Shown: one piece after another, positions 42,715-51,918 of the stretch
Layout: every line of letters begins with the position of its first letter
Numbering within the stretch: position 1 is the stretch's first letter
Assembly: GCA_034530615.2 (NCBI GenBank)
Contig: JAVRCV020000028.1
Span: 77,919 to 141,918 of the forward strand
Origin: Aulosira sp. ZfuVER01
GTDB lineage: Bacteria > Cyanobacteriota > Cyanobacteriia > Cyanobacteriales > Nostocaceae
DNA length: 64,000 nucleotides
Direction: 5' to 3'
Position numbers and translations under genes: made by a program
Notes under the pieces: generated by a model
The model's database searches: none
What the model saw: the letters and a program-made list of their open reading frames with translations, nothing else
Told to the model about the DNA's origin: nothing

Positions 42715-42735
42715 CCTATGCCCCATCCCTCCAGA

Positions 42736-42753
42736 ATGCACACATTTTGCACG
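42736..42753 (+). promoter_or_regulatory. L-box-like RcaC site upstream of pcyA
   Basis: ATGCACA-CATT-TTGCACG versus consensus TTGCACA-N4-TTGCACA, about 48 bp before the pcyA ATG. Confidence 0.75.
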
Positions 42754-42800
42754 AACTATCCGTCAAGGTAAGTATTAATCCTATACTCAAAGAGAAGCGT

Positions 42801-43541
42801 ATGTTGAAGTCTATGCAAGCGTCATTAAGAAGCCGTCAGCATCCACTAATCCACAGGTTGGCGGATTCCATTGAAGAAATTTGGCAAAAGCACCTTGATA
42901 TCTCCCCTTACTCTGTCCCAGAAGGTTTAGGCTACGTCGAGGGACACCTAGAAGGCGAACGACTGATCATTGAAAATCATTGCTACCAAGCTCCGCAATT
43001 TCGCAAATTGCATTTAGAATTGGCTCAGGTTGGTAATGGATTAGATATTCTCCACTGTGTGATGTTCCCCAACCCCGAATATGCCATACCGATTTTTGGT
43101 ACAGATTTGGTTGGCGGGCGAGGTGGAATTAGTGCAGCGATCGCTGATTTATCTCCAATTAGTAGCGATCGCAAGCTACCAGAACGCTATTATCAAAAAT
43201 TATCTGTTTTATCTGAGCTGGAGTTTTCCCAACCACGGACTTTACCAGAATGGGGCGATATTTTTTCGGAATTTTGTCTATTTGTCCGCCCAGGAGACTC
43301 GCAAGAAGAAGATAAATTTCTCAATCGAGTTCGGGAATTTTTAACCATTCATTGTCAAATTGCTAGTCAACAGACACCCCTAACATCAAATCTTGACATC
43401 TCCAAGGTTCTGGCAGGACAACGAAATTACTGTACAAAGCAGCAACAGAATGATAAAACTCGGCGAGTTCTAGAGAAATCATTTGGTACTGAGTGGGCAG
43501 ATCGCTACATGACTACTATGCTCTTTGACTATGTAGCTTGA
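42801..43541 (+). CDS. pcyA: Phycocyanobilin:ferredoxin oxidoreductase
   Basis: FRKLHLELA, LDILHCVMFP, PIFGTDLV, AIADLSP, LPEWG.IFS, QQQNDKTRRVL. Confidence 0.95.
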   Translation: MLKSMQASLRSRQHPLIHRLADSIEEIWQKHLDISPYSVPEGLGYVEGHLEGERLIIENHCYQAPQFRKLHLELAQVGNGLDILHCVMFPNPEYAIPIFGTDLVGGRGGISAAIADLSPISSDRKLPERYYQKLSVLSELEFSQPRTLPEWGDIFSEFCLFVRPGDSQEEDKFLNRVREFLTIHCQIASQQTPLTSNLDISKVLAGQRNYCTKQQQNDKTRRVLEKSFGTEWADRYMTTMLFDYVA

Positions 43542-43730
43542 AAATTCCACTGAATATAGCTCTCAAGCGAAGCGCGGGGATAATGTAAAACGGCGATGTC
43601 ATGTCATAGACAAGCCCCTCCGCGTCTACGCATTTCCATTGCTCTAAAAACTCTTCACATATTTGGACACCCAGGCATATTATCTCTCAGTAGCAACCGT
43701 GCCAGACTGGGTAAAGCTTCACCTTCTAAT

Positions 43731-43919
43731 ATGACTCATATCGCTGACCGCGAAAGATTTACGACTGTACCAAATCGAGAAAATCACGTGTTGGTCAGAG
43801 CGCGCATTGACCGTCGCTTGGTGGGAAAGACTCAATCGCTGTATACGTATTTAAACACTCAGCCTAGCGAGGGAACTTACAGCGTGGATGTGCCAGCAGA
43901 TCCACGTATTGGTAGAACC
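43731..43919 (+). mobile_element. Internal fragment of an IS4-family transposase
   Basis: THIADRE...HVLVRA..DRRL...TYSVDVP..PR.GR resembles the IS50-like catalytic region; truncated on both sides. Confidence 0.65.
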
Positions 43920-43929
43920 ACAACAGAAG

Positions 43930-44031
43930 CAAACTCCATGTTGCCAGCCCTATTGCTTGCGCTATCGATAGATGAGGCATGTGTTCTGACACTATACAAG
44001 ACCATTGCTTGAGATACTTATTTTTCAGCAT
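43930..44031 (-). mobile_element. N-terminal fragment of a second cyanobacterial DDE transposase
   Basis: MLKNKYLKQWSCIVSEHMPHLSIAQAIGLATWS resembles the N-terminus of a cyanobacterial IS transposase (from recollection); abuts the IS4 fragment. Confidence 0.5.
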
Positions 44032-44242
44032 CTCATGCAGCCTACCTACGCTGGTGCTACATTTTATTTTCTTATTTTTGTTGATGAACACTCACTCCTA
44101 TGTAATAAACCTACACCTGTCAGAATTCCCACGGCAGTTCCTTCAAGTCGGCAAAGCCGCCCAACGGACTGCCTCCCAGCTGAAGCAACTGGCTTGGCAG
44201 AAGGGAGACAAAGAGAACAAATGACAAATGCTCAAAGCCCCA

Positions 44243-44992
44243 TTAGCTGATAGCTGATGCCAGCTTTCTCTCCAAATCGAACAAAAAGCCGTGGATATAT
44301 TCTTCTGTCCACTCAGCACCGTAAAAACGGGTGAACATTCCTCGTGCCGGGTCTTTTTCAGCCCGGTAGTGCAGATAGCGCAGTTGAGCTTCTTTAATCT
44401 CTGCTAAATACTGGGGGTCGGTTACGGGTTCTGCCTGGTCAACAAAATCTAGGTATGCTTGGAGATATTCCTGAAAGGCTGCAAAAACATGGGTTTCCAC
44501 ATCCTCCGTTTGCTGGGGTCGCGTCCAAAGAAACGCAGGTGAGAAAAAGGGTTGGGCTTCTTCGGGGAAGTCGCCACCCCAAGGCAAGTATTGCTGATAT
44601 GCCTGAAAAATTGGCAGGATGGGCTGGGTATACTTCGCCTGATACGCCGGATCGTTCCGAAATAGGGGTTGCATATCCAGGGCAATCAAGTGCCCTCCCG
44701 GTAAGGTGACTAAATCTGCTCCAAAAAAAGGTAGATCGTAGTTCAGGTGGGGGAAAATCACGAAATTTAACACCTGAAGCGACTTTCCACCCTGTACATG
44801 GGCGGCGCGGATTTGCCGTAGCTTGGGAGTTTGATAGGCGTAACTGGTGGTTAAAACTTCTTCCTGATGTTTGCCTTTGCCTACCGTTGCTTGCTTCGAT
44901 TCAAAGCCGGCGGGAATGGGATAAGGCTGTAAATTCAAACGTTCCTGCAAAAGCGCGATCGCGTAATCTAAAAATGGCTGATAGAGGGTCAC
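44243..44992 (-). CDS. pebB: Phycoerythrobilin:ferredoxin oxidoreductase
   Basis: Start GTG 44992 (MTLYQPFL); [51 protein letters not shown]. Confidence 0.95.
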   Translation of the reverse strand: MTLYQPFLDYAIALLQERLNLQPYPIPAGFESKQATVGKGKHQEEVLTTSYAYQTPKLRQIRAAHVQGGKSLQVLNFVIFPHLNYDLPFFGADLVTLPGGHLIALDMQPLFRNDPAYQAKYTQPILPIFQAYQQYLPWGGDFPEEAQPFFSPAFLWTRPQQTEDVETHVFAAFQEYLQAYLDFVDQAEPVTDPQYLAEIKEAQLRYLHYRAEKDPARGMFTRFYGAEWTEEYIHGFLFDLERKLASAIS

Positions 44993-45122
44993 GTCGCTTC
45001 GCTCCGAATTCAAAATTTTCTCTTGGAAAGTTCTGAGCGGAGGAAACCTCCGCTCAGACTTTCCGCAAAATTCAAAATTAACAATCCCCAGATTTTGAAT
45101 CGCACCATGCTGCATTGGCGTA

Positions 45123-45226
45123 ATACCAATTCACAAAAATTCTCATACAGATAGATTTTTCGTAGGGGTTTAGCATTGCTAAACCCTCCACCACGTATTT
45201 GGATCATTTTTAAAGTGAAATGGTAT
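45123..45226. mobile_element. MITE-like element between pebA and pebB with an internal GTAG hairpin
   Basis: Terminal inverted repeats ATACCAATTCAC / GTGAAATGGTAT (11 of 12 match); internal GTAGGGGTTTAGCATTGCTAAACCCT. Confidence 0.55.
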
Positions 45227-45304
45227 CAGCCTTCCCGTAAGGTGTGCAGTATGGCGGTCTGAGGCTTGTATCCTTGATTCTGTGTTGGTTCTGGTAACTT
45301 TAAA

Positions 45305-46039
45305 TTACTTTCTGGTCGCTTTGGTTGCTAATGGCAAAGCATCTTCAAACAAAAATTCATGCAAAAATCGCTCTGACCATTCATGCCCAAAATAGCTACT
45401 GAATAAACCAGAAGCAGGGTCACGGTCGGCACTGTATTGATCGTAATCTTTTTGGGCTTTGACAATCCGTTGAATGTCTGACTGATCGTTGAGAGGTTTG
45501 GCTTGGTCGAGCATCTGCCAGTACAAATTTAAATAATCTTTGAATGCTTCAAAAACCCGCGTTTTCACAGTTTCAGCATCGGTTTTGGCGAACAACAGAT
45601 ATTTTGAGAAGTATTGGTTAGCGTCGTAAAATTTCATTTCCAGGTCTTGCGCCAAGTCTGGATACTTATCATGCAATGTCTGCAACGGGTAGATGTACTT
45701 TTTCAGGTAAGCTTCATCCTGAAATAACGGCTGGAAATCCATGACAATCAGGTTTTTCACCTGACCGAAAGTCAGAAAGTCTATACCGAGTAAGGGCAAC
45801 TCATAGTCGTGACTAGGATAAATCACACTATTAAAGATCTGGGCACTTGCACCTGCATCTATATAGGTGTAACGAATTTTCCGAAACTCAGGACATTCAT
45901 AGCACCAGCTTTGAATTGTGGCAGGATTTCTCCCGCGATCGCTCACCTGATACTCCAGTCCTGGCGGAATGGGGCGACTCTTTAATGTAAACCGTTGCAA
46001 AAGCGATTGTTCCAGATGCTCAAGGAAGCACTTATACAT
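45305..46039 (-). CDS. pebA: 15,16-dihydrobiliverdin:ferredoxin oxidoreductase
   Basis: FRKIRYTYIDAG, NSVIYP, PLLGIDFL, MDFQPL, YDQYSADRDPASGLF. Confidence 0.95.
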   Translation of the reverse strand: MYKCFLEHLEQSLLQRFTLKSRPIPPGLEYQVSDRGRNPATIQSWCYECPEFRKIRYTYIDAGASAQIFNSVIYPSHDYELPLLGIDFLTFGQVKNLIVMDFQPLFQDEAYLKKYIYPLQTLHDKYPDLAQDLEMKFYDANQYFSKYLLFAKTDAETVKTRVFEAFKDYLNLYWQMLDQAKPLNDQSDIQRIVKAQKDYDQYSADRDPASGLFSSYFGHEWSERFLHEFLFEDALPLATKATRK

Positions 46040-46119
46040 AAAAATTTATAGACTCATCTGCCTTGAGTTCTGAGGATACGGGATTCCTGAACACTCCGTC
46101 TCGAATATGTTAAACAAAG

Positions 46120-46135
46120 TAACGATCCTTAACGT
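46120..46135 (-). promoter_or_regulatory. N-box-like direct repeat upstream of pebA
   Basis: Minus strand ACGTTA-AGGA-TCGTTA-CTTTG resembles the TTGTTA-N4-TTGTTA element of Fremyella cpeBA/pebAB promoters (recalled). Confidence 0.55.
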
Positions 46136-46476
46136 TATCATTATGTGATGCCTCAATGCCTGCTGATTGCGATCGCCAGAATTCTTGCCTAGAAGCAACA
46201 GCACGTCTTTACAGATTATGAGCGACCAGAAAAATCATGCGAGGAAGTCACGTTGAGCTTGACGTTTTGCTTTCTGCGCTTGCAGCTTTTCCCAAGCAAC
46301 CGCCAGATCTAGTTTCTGTTGACGTTTAAAATTTGAAAATCCTATTTTTTGTCTCTAAACTATCATCAACTATGCCAAACTCTTATTTTTACGTTGATTG
46401 AGGACATATAGACCGCATTGAAAACCCTTGTACAGAATGGTTATAACTCTTCGGACAAGTCTACTAACATAATTTA

Positions 46477-46866
46477 TCAAGATTGCTGCTGGCGCGGGGG
46501 TACAAATTTCCAATCACTGATGATATCTTCGCATTCTTTGTAGGTGTCGATTAGCTCTTGCTCAGACGACAGCCCTCCCAAAAACCTCATCAAACCAACG
46601 TTGAGATGTCTGGTAGCACGACGAAAGTTATTTGCTTTTTCGCCAAGATTGATTGAGTTCACAACTCCAAATGATAATGCGCTAATAAAAGCAAAGATGC
46701 GTGTGTAAAAGTCTCCTAGCTCATGTGTAAAGGTCGCAACGATAAGTGATGAGCTGATCGCTAATATCCCTAAAGAAATATGAGCAAATTGTAAGCAATT
46801 AGCCCCCAAATTCCAGGTACGTTGATATCTTTGCATCCTTAAAAGCAGATCTTTGTTATTACTCAT
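46477..46866 (-). CDS. Small two-TM protein, SLATT/DUF4231-like
   Basis: Basic N-terminal helix, two hydrophobic segments, then a helical tail (KANNFRRATRHL...E..I) matching the SLATT layout. Confidence 0.55.
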   Translation of the reverse strand: MSNNKDLLLRMQRYQRTWNLGANCLQFAHISLGILAISSSLIVATFTHELGDFYTRIFAFISALSFGVVNSINLGEKANNFRRATRHLNVGLMRFLGGLSSEQELIDTYKECEDIISDWKFVPPRQQQS

Positions 46867-46989
46867 ATTTTATTATTGCCAACAGATAAATGAAGTCTGC
46901 CCATATATAGATACCAGCCATCCTAGCTGATGATATCGCTGATAGACTATATCAACTCAGCACTAATAAACTAATCCGATTAATATTGA

Positions 46990-47559
46990 TTACACAATCA
47001 CCTTTAACCACCCAAAAATCTCAGCTACGGTCAACTCTAACCCACAGCAGAAATCTGGCACTGGCAAAATACCATCACTATCTTCAAAAGGTAAAGGTTG
47101 TCGTCCCGCAGGATAAGCAGCAATGAATCGCTCATCAGGGTCAATTAACCAACCCATTTGAGTTCCGTGGTTGAGAGCGTGTAAGATTTTTTTTGTAACT
47201 TTTGTATGGCTTTGTTCTGGAGAAAGAATTTCGATTATCCAGTCGGGTGCTAAAGTAAATGTGTTGGCAATATCACCATTTCCGTCTACAGGAAGCCTTG
47301 CCCAAGAAAATACAGCAACATCGGGAACTATAGAACGTCCGCCAAAAGTGCAACGTAATTCTGGAAAAGCCCAACCCGTTTTTTGTACTTTTACAACAGA
47401 ATTGATTGTGGGACAGAGTTGTCCTTGAATAGTGCTATGTTTTCCTTGAGGCATGGGTTTTTGAATGATTTGACCATCGATATACTCGCTATATGGCTTA
47501 GTTTCTGGTAGTGAGAGAAACTCTTCTAAGGTCAGTATTTTATTTGGTACTTGTATCAT
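46990..47559 (-). CDS. Uma2 (DUF820) family endonuclease
   Basis: LTLEEFL.LPETKP..EYIDG..IQKPMPQGKHS, PELRC, VPDVAV, PDWIIEILSP. Confidence 0.92.
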   Translation of the reverse strand: MIQVPNKILTLEEFLSLPETKPYSEYIDGQIIQKPMPQGKHSTIQGQLCPTINSVVKVQKTGWAFPELRCTFGGRSIVPDVAVFSWARLPVDGNGDIANTFTLAPDWIIEILSPEQSHTKVTKKILHALNHGTQMGWLIDPDERFIAAYPAGRQPLPFEDSDGILPVPDFCCGLELTVAEIFGWLKVIV

Positions 47560-47612
47560 TTTTATCCTAGCCTCGACGTATGAGATTTTTTTTACATAAT
47601 TTCAGTCATAGG

Positions 47613-48200
47613 TTATGAGGATGCCCTAGATAAATTATGTTCGACCATTTGTGCGAAATTCGCCTCAGTTAAATAGCGCCGTTCGGAGCAATATGTCATT
47701 AAATACACGCCATTCATCATCCGTACTGTGCTGACGCGCACCCGGAAATCATCAGTCATGAACCAACAGCGTTCCTGTCCCTGGTTAGTTTCGTATTCGG
47801 TATCGATGGTTAAAATGCCGTCTTGGCCAAACCAGTAACGACTGACTACCGGAATTTTTTCCACATAGCCTTGGTTACGGAGCAGTTTACCCGATCGCCC
47901 CGTCTCATCATCTGGGACATCAATCAACACCGCTGCTTGATCCGGATTGGGTTCGCGGTCATCGTCGTGTTCTTGCCACATAAAGCTAGCACCTCCCTTG
48001 GCACTAGCTGGATCGATACCTTGCAGTTCGCAGATTGCTTTCACCCGTGGATCGTTCGCTGTGATCGCGTCCACATAGAGCTTTGATTCTCCCGACTGAT
48101 CCGCAACTGTATCAAAGTGATGCACCGTGCGCTGGGTAAACCATACGCCTTCACTCTTGCGGAAAAAGTCCATCATCGTCATTGGTGTGAGAAACGGCAT
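47613..48200 (-). CDS. cpeU: S/U-type phycobiliprotein lyase, CpeU-like
   Basis: DFFRKSEG.W..QRTVHH, GKLLRNQGYVE, ERCWF...FRVR are CpcS/CpeS/CpeU family motifs; the MTM.DFF start and phycoerythrin context favour CpeU. Confidence 0.72.
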   Translation of the reverse strand: MPFLTPMTMMDFFRKSEGVWFTQRTVHHFDTVADQSGESKLYVDAITANDPRVKAICELQGIDPASAKGGASFMWQEHDDDREPNPDQAAVLIDVPDDETGRSGKLLRNQGYVEKIPVVSRYWFGQDGILTIDTEYETNQGQERCWFMTDDFRVRVSTVRMMNGVYLMTYCSERRYLTEANFAQMVEHNLSRASS

Positions 48201-48359
48201 AAGTTATCCTTAAACAATTTTGGATTTTGGATTTTAGATTGGGAAATTCTTCAATCCAAAATCCAAAATTTAAAGTCTAAAATTCGATCAACGCCCAACT
48301 CGAATGATTGTAGATAGGGCGCGGTACAATACCCCTAAATAATCTCACGATTTCAACCC

Positions 48360-49178
48360 ATGATCAGCAGGGAGACTCACAAGACACCCCAAGACGTTTT
48401 GGCTGTCCTCAAAGCAGGACTTGCTCTGACTCAGAAAGATTTATACCAATTCAACCTCAGTGGTTTTGATTTGCAAAGAGCTAAGTTGAATAAAGCTACT
48501 TTGATTCGAGCCAATCTCAGCAAAGCCGATCTCAGTGCAGCGGATCTGAGTGCAGTTGATTTACGGGGAGCCGATCTCAGCAAAGCTATTTTGAAGGATG
48601 CCAATCTACAAGCAGCTTGTTTGTATCGAGTCGATCTTTGTGGCGCAAATTTATGGGGAGCTATTTTAACGGATGCAAAGCTGTTAGGGGCGAGATATGA
48701 TAGTCAAACTCTTTTCCCAGAAGGCTTTGCCTATAAATCTTCTGGGGCGATTGGCCCAAATGCCAATTTAAATGGTGCCCAGCTGAATACAGCTAACTTG
48801 CGTCATGCTGATTTGCAGGGAGCCAGCTTGTTGGGGGCATACCTGGGAGGAGCCGATTTGACTCGTGCTAATCTCCAAGGGGCGCGGCTCAGTCAGGCTG
48901 ACTTGCGGACAGCCTGGTTGGCGGGGGTATCTTTACGTAATGCTCGGTTGAATGGGGCTAACTTGGCAGGGACAGATTTGCGGGCGGCAGACTTGACCGG
49001 GGTTGAGTTTGAGCAACTTGAAAGTATTGCTGGAGCAGATTTTAGCCACGTTCAAGGGCTGAGTGAAGAAATGCGATCGCGCCTTCTGAGTCAGCCTGCA
49101 CAAGAGCTAGATACACCTCATGCTTTAACCCGCCGCACCACACGCGCCAGCTTAGAAAGTATAACTATTACGATTTAG
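48360..49178 (+). CDS. Pentapeptide repeat protein
   Basis: Two runs of A(D/N)LXX repeats joined by YDSQTLFPEGF...GAIGP; C-terminal TRRTTRASL. Confidence 0.92.
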   Translation: MISRETHKTPQDVLAVLKAGLALTQKDLYQFNLSGFDLQRAKLNKATLIRANLSKADLSAADLSAVDLRGADLSKAILKDANLQAACLYRVDLCGANLWGAILTDAKLLGARYDSQTLFPEGFAYKSSGAIGPNANLNGAQLNTANLRHADLQGASLLGAYLGGADLTRANLQGARLSQADLRTAWLAGVSLRNARLNGANLAGTDLRAADLTGVEFEQLESIAGADFSHVQGLSEEMRSRLLSQPAQELDTPHALTRRTTRASLESITITI

Positions 49179-49374
49179 TGGCTGTCCAATCTTTCTTGAG
49201 CAATGCCAAAAAAGTGGCAATCCCTTTAGAAAATCCTTGCGGATCGGGCAGAAAATATTCCGGAAACTCTTCATACGGCCGCCAAGGCTCAGACGAATCA
49301 TGCCGCAGGTACAAGGCCCGATCGTCCCCTTCCAGTTTCCAGAGCATTTGACCGCCGGTTGGTATTTCAGCCAT
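49168..49374 (-). CDS. Hypothetical 68-aa protein
   Basis: Strong AGGAG RBS before ATG; plausible composition; family not recognised. Confidence 0.7.
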   Translation of the reverse strand: MAEIPTGGQMLWKLEGDDRALYLRHDSSEPWRPYEEFPEYFLPDPQGFSKGIATFLALLKKDWTATKS

Positions 49375-49454
49375 GTGTTTCTCCTATTGTGCAAACAAAA
49401 ATACTCAGTAACAGTTTGCTCTTTTCAAATTCTGCCAGTCTAAATATTAAATTC

Positions 49455-49470
49455 TGTAAACATTGCTACA
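49455..49470. promoter_or_regulatory. NtcA-type site upstream of the 68-aa gene
   Basis: TGTA-AACATTGC-TACA, a perfect TGTA-N8-TACA. Confidence 0.6.
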
Positions 49471-49607
49471 ATACTTCTAGACTTTTGTGCCGAATTACTG
49501 TAAAAGCATGGATACATTATATGTTTCCCCCACTGAATTAGGCATGACTTGGAGAAGTAGTTTTTTCTCCATCTAGTGAGGGAGGCAATATTGGCATCAA
49601 TTCTGTT

Positions 49608-50267
49608 TCAGCGGATTAAATCTTCCATTGCCGCCCCCACTACACGGTGATCGCCATCCTGTCTCAGTTGTGCTAGGGCTTCCTTGGCTTCGGGGACATC
49701 AAAATGTTTCAAAGCATAGGCAACCCGTACCCGGATATATTCAGCCTCCGAATTTTTGAGCGTCAGGAGTTGAGATAAAGCAACCTCAGACTGACGAGTT
49801 CCCACCAAAGCCCCCAGTGCATCTATGGATGATTCCTGCACCGCTGCATCTTCTGCTTCTAGTCCCAGAAGACAAACTTCGAGCAGTTCTTCAGGGCATT
49901 CCATTTCAACCAGAGATGCCTGGATGCTGCGACGCACTAACCAATGGTCGTCACGCAAAAATGTCTGCACCAGATGAGAAGCAGAGATTCTACCAAACAA
50001 AGACAGCGAGTTAGACGCTTCTGCTCGCACATTGGGCGTGTTATCAAACTTGATGATTTGCAGCAGGGCGGCAAAGGATTCGGATGTCTTTTGCTTACCT
50101 AATTCTCTGGCAACGAATGTTCGCACCAGAAACTCTGGATCTTGGATATGGCGGATAAGTAAAGGCACAGCGACATCAGCCGGATAGTCTTGGAGAGATG
50201 CGATCGCTTTCAGGCGGTATTGAAAATCAGCGTTTTGCAGATCGGTTTCGATTTGACTGAGATCCAT
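49608..50267 (-). CDS. HEAT-repeat protein, NblB / PBS-lyase-like
   Basis: Repeats such as DPEFLVR, PNVRAEASNSL, DDHWLVRRS, DHRVVGAA. Confidence 0.82.
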   Translation of the reverse strand: MDLSQIETDLQNADFQYRLKAIASLQDYPADVAVPLLIRHIQDPEFLVRTFVARELGKQKTSESFAALLQIIKFDNTPNVRAEASNSLSLFGRISASHLVQTFLRDDHWLVRRSIQASLVEMECPEELLEVCLLGLEAEDAAVQESSIDALGALVGTRQSEVALSQLLTLKNSEAEYIRVRVAYALKHFDVPEAKEALAQLRQDGDHRVVGAAMEDLIR

Positions 50268-50374
50268 GAAAATAAACGGTAGAGGGTTCTTCCACTTTAA
50301 ATCTCAATAGATTCTAACGAAAGCAGAAGTTGACCTCGACTGCACCCCAGCAAACCCATCAATATATTTGCTTC

Positions 50375-51172
50375 TCAAATCAATTCTTGAAGGGGAAAGC
50401 GTTCTCCTCTTAGGTAAGCGGCAAAGTGCTGCTTAAAGTACAGCGTACTTGTCATATTTGCTTCGTCACTCCGATCGGGGGTAAATTCATAGATGGGCAC
50501 TTGTTCACGAATTAGTTGAATTAGATTGGGATGCAGTTGTTCAAAAGACTCAACCCGAGCTGTTGTGGTCTCAAATCGTAAGCGTGCGGGATGACCGTAG
50601 CCCAGTTTCATCCAAGGCAACCAAGGACAGTCTCTAGCCCAGGTTGCGGGAGGGAGATCCTTCACTCCTGGTCGGCAAATGTGGCTGGTAAAGTACTCTG
50701 TCCCATTAAAGGTTTCACTGGGACAATAATCTCGGTATTTCGGATCTGCTGCTAATGGATGAGGATAAGTCAGAGGAATTTCTACGACAGAGGTAACATA
50801 GTCTTGCCCTCTGGGAATCACCGTCACCTTTGGTCGGACAGCCCCCTGCACTATGCGATTGGCAATATGCACAATCGGTACAGCAGGACGGTTTGAGTCT
50901 GTCTGCCATGTGTGCAGGATTTCTTGTGTCTGCGGATCGCAAAATAGACCTAACTCCCGATTGATCCGATAACCCACCTGCTCAAATTCAGGATCGGGAC
51001 GAATGAAAACCTTGGTTGCATTCATCCCAATCAGAGAGAATAATTTCTGCCTTTGCTCATCAGCTGATTTCTGCCACCAGACTTCTCCCTCCCAGCGATA
51101 GTAAAGCTGCTGACCATAATAATTTCTGTAGAAATCTAGGTTATTAACTGTGTAGTCTTCTGAGTTGTTCAT
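50375..51172 (-). CDS. DUF1838-like protein
   Basis: KLFSLIGMNA, RELGLFCDPQT.EIL..W, VPIVHIAN, IPLTYPHPLA, W.R..PWLPWMK.G, ANMTS..YFK.HF.AYL.G..FP. Confidence 0.72.
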   Translation of the reverse strand: MNNSEDYTVNNLDFYRNYYGQQLYYRWEGEVWWQKSADEQRQKLFSLIGMNATKVFIRPDPEFEQVGYRINRELGLFCDPQTQEILHTWQTDSNRPAVPIVHIANRIVQGAVRPKVTVIPRGQDYVTSVVEIPLTYPHPLAADPKYRDYCPSETFNGTEYFTSHICRPGVKDLPPATWARDCPWLPWMKLGYGHPARLRFETTTARVESFEQLHPNLIQLIREQVPIYEFTPDRSDEANMTSTLYFKQHFAAYLRGERFPLQELI

Positions 51173-51336
51173 AAGTTTGCCTGTTGAGTTGCTTAACAAC
51201 TTACCGTTACAATGACCGAAAAAGAATCATGAACAAGCCTACGCCACTTGCTATAAGTGTGGGAACTCTAGCCGAGCAGTGACTCCTCAATTTATTTATT
51301 TTTGAATTTTAAATTTTGAATTCGGAGCGAAGCGAC

Positions 51337-51918
51337 GTGACTCAGCCACAATTGAGTGAAAAGGTTCGAGAACTAATTCAAAAAGCCAGGATTGTCAGTT
51401 TTGCCACTTGGCAAAATACCCATCCAGCGGAGGCTATTCAGCTATTCCAGGCGGCGGACGATGGGGGACGCTACCTCACGGATGAAGATTTAGAACAGAT
51501 TCAGCAGCTTGCTCCTACGACTACAGCATTCATACCTGTGGTGCAGCAATTGCGCGATCGCGTCTCTGAAATCGTAGATGAAGCCAGAACCGAAGTATTA
51601 GCTAAATTTCCCAACATCACCCAACCCGGTGGTGGACTCTACCCACCAATCAGGGCAGATGCTTGTTGGCGTGATTTCTGGCACTTTCTACGCTGTATTA
51701 CTTACGGTATCGCTGGGCAGCACACCGACTACACAAGCACAGAAGGATTGCACTATATGCAACTGTTGTATCAAGAATTGCAAGTACCTTTAGATGCAAT
51801 GGTAGTAGGACTAGAAGGCATTAAAGCGGCTAGTTTAAAGCGAGTGGAACCGGAACCGCAAGCAATTCTTGCTCCTTATTTCGATCGTTTGATTGAGCAA
51901 TTAAAGCAATTTCGCTAA
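51337..51918 (+). CDS. aplA: Allophycocyanin-like protein AplA
   Basis: Phycobiliprotein fold motifs ADDGGRYL, PNITQPGGGLYP..RADACWRD...LRCITYG, LYQELQVP, PYFD with a KARIVSF N-terminal extension; GTG start at 51337. Confidence 0.82.
   Translation: MTQPQLSEKVRELIQKARIVSFATWQNTHPAEAIQLFQAADDGGRYLTDEDLEQIQQLAPTTTAFIPVVQQLRDRVSEIVDEARTEVLAKFPNITQPGGGLYPPIRADACWRDFWHFLRCITYGIAGQHTDYTSTEGLHYMQLLYQELQVPLDAMVVGLEGIKAASLKRVEPEPQAILAPYFDRLIEQLKQFR

Noticed and set aside
44993..45115. N-terminal extension of pebB given by the ORF track; likewise extensions of pcyA, rcaC, aplA, cpcA1 and cpcE
   Set aside because: The extensions run through repeats or intergenic DNA; downstream starts match the family N-termini better.
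46170..46470. Possible degraded gene upstream of pebA (minus-strand KRQQKLDLAVAWEKLQAQKAKRQ)
   Set aside because: Short, interrupted by stops and without a recognisable family.
49168..49374. Calling the 68-aa ORF cpeR or nblA
   Set aside because: It lacks the WIRSRHLICSG motif of CpeR and the LSLEQQF motif of NblA.
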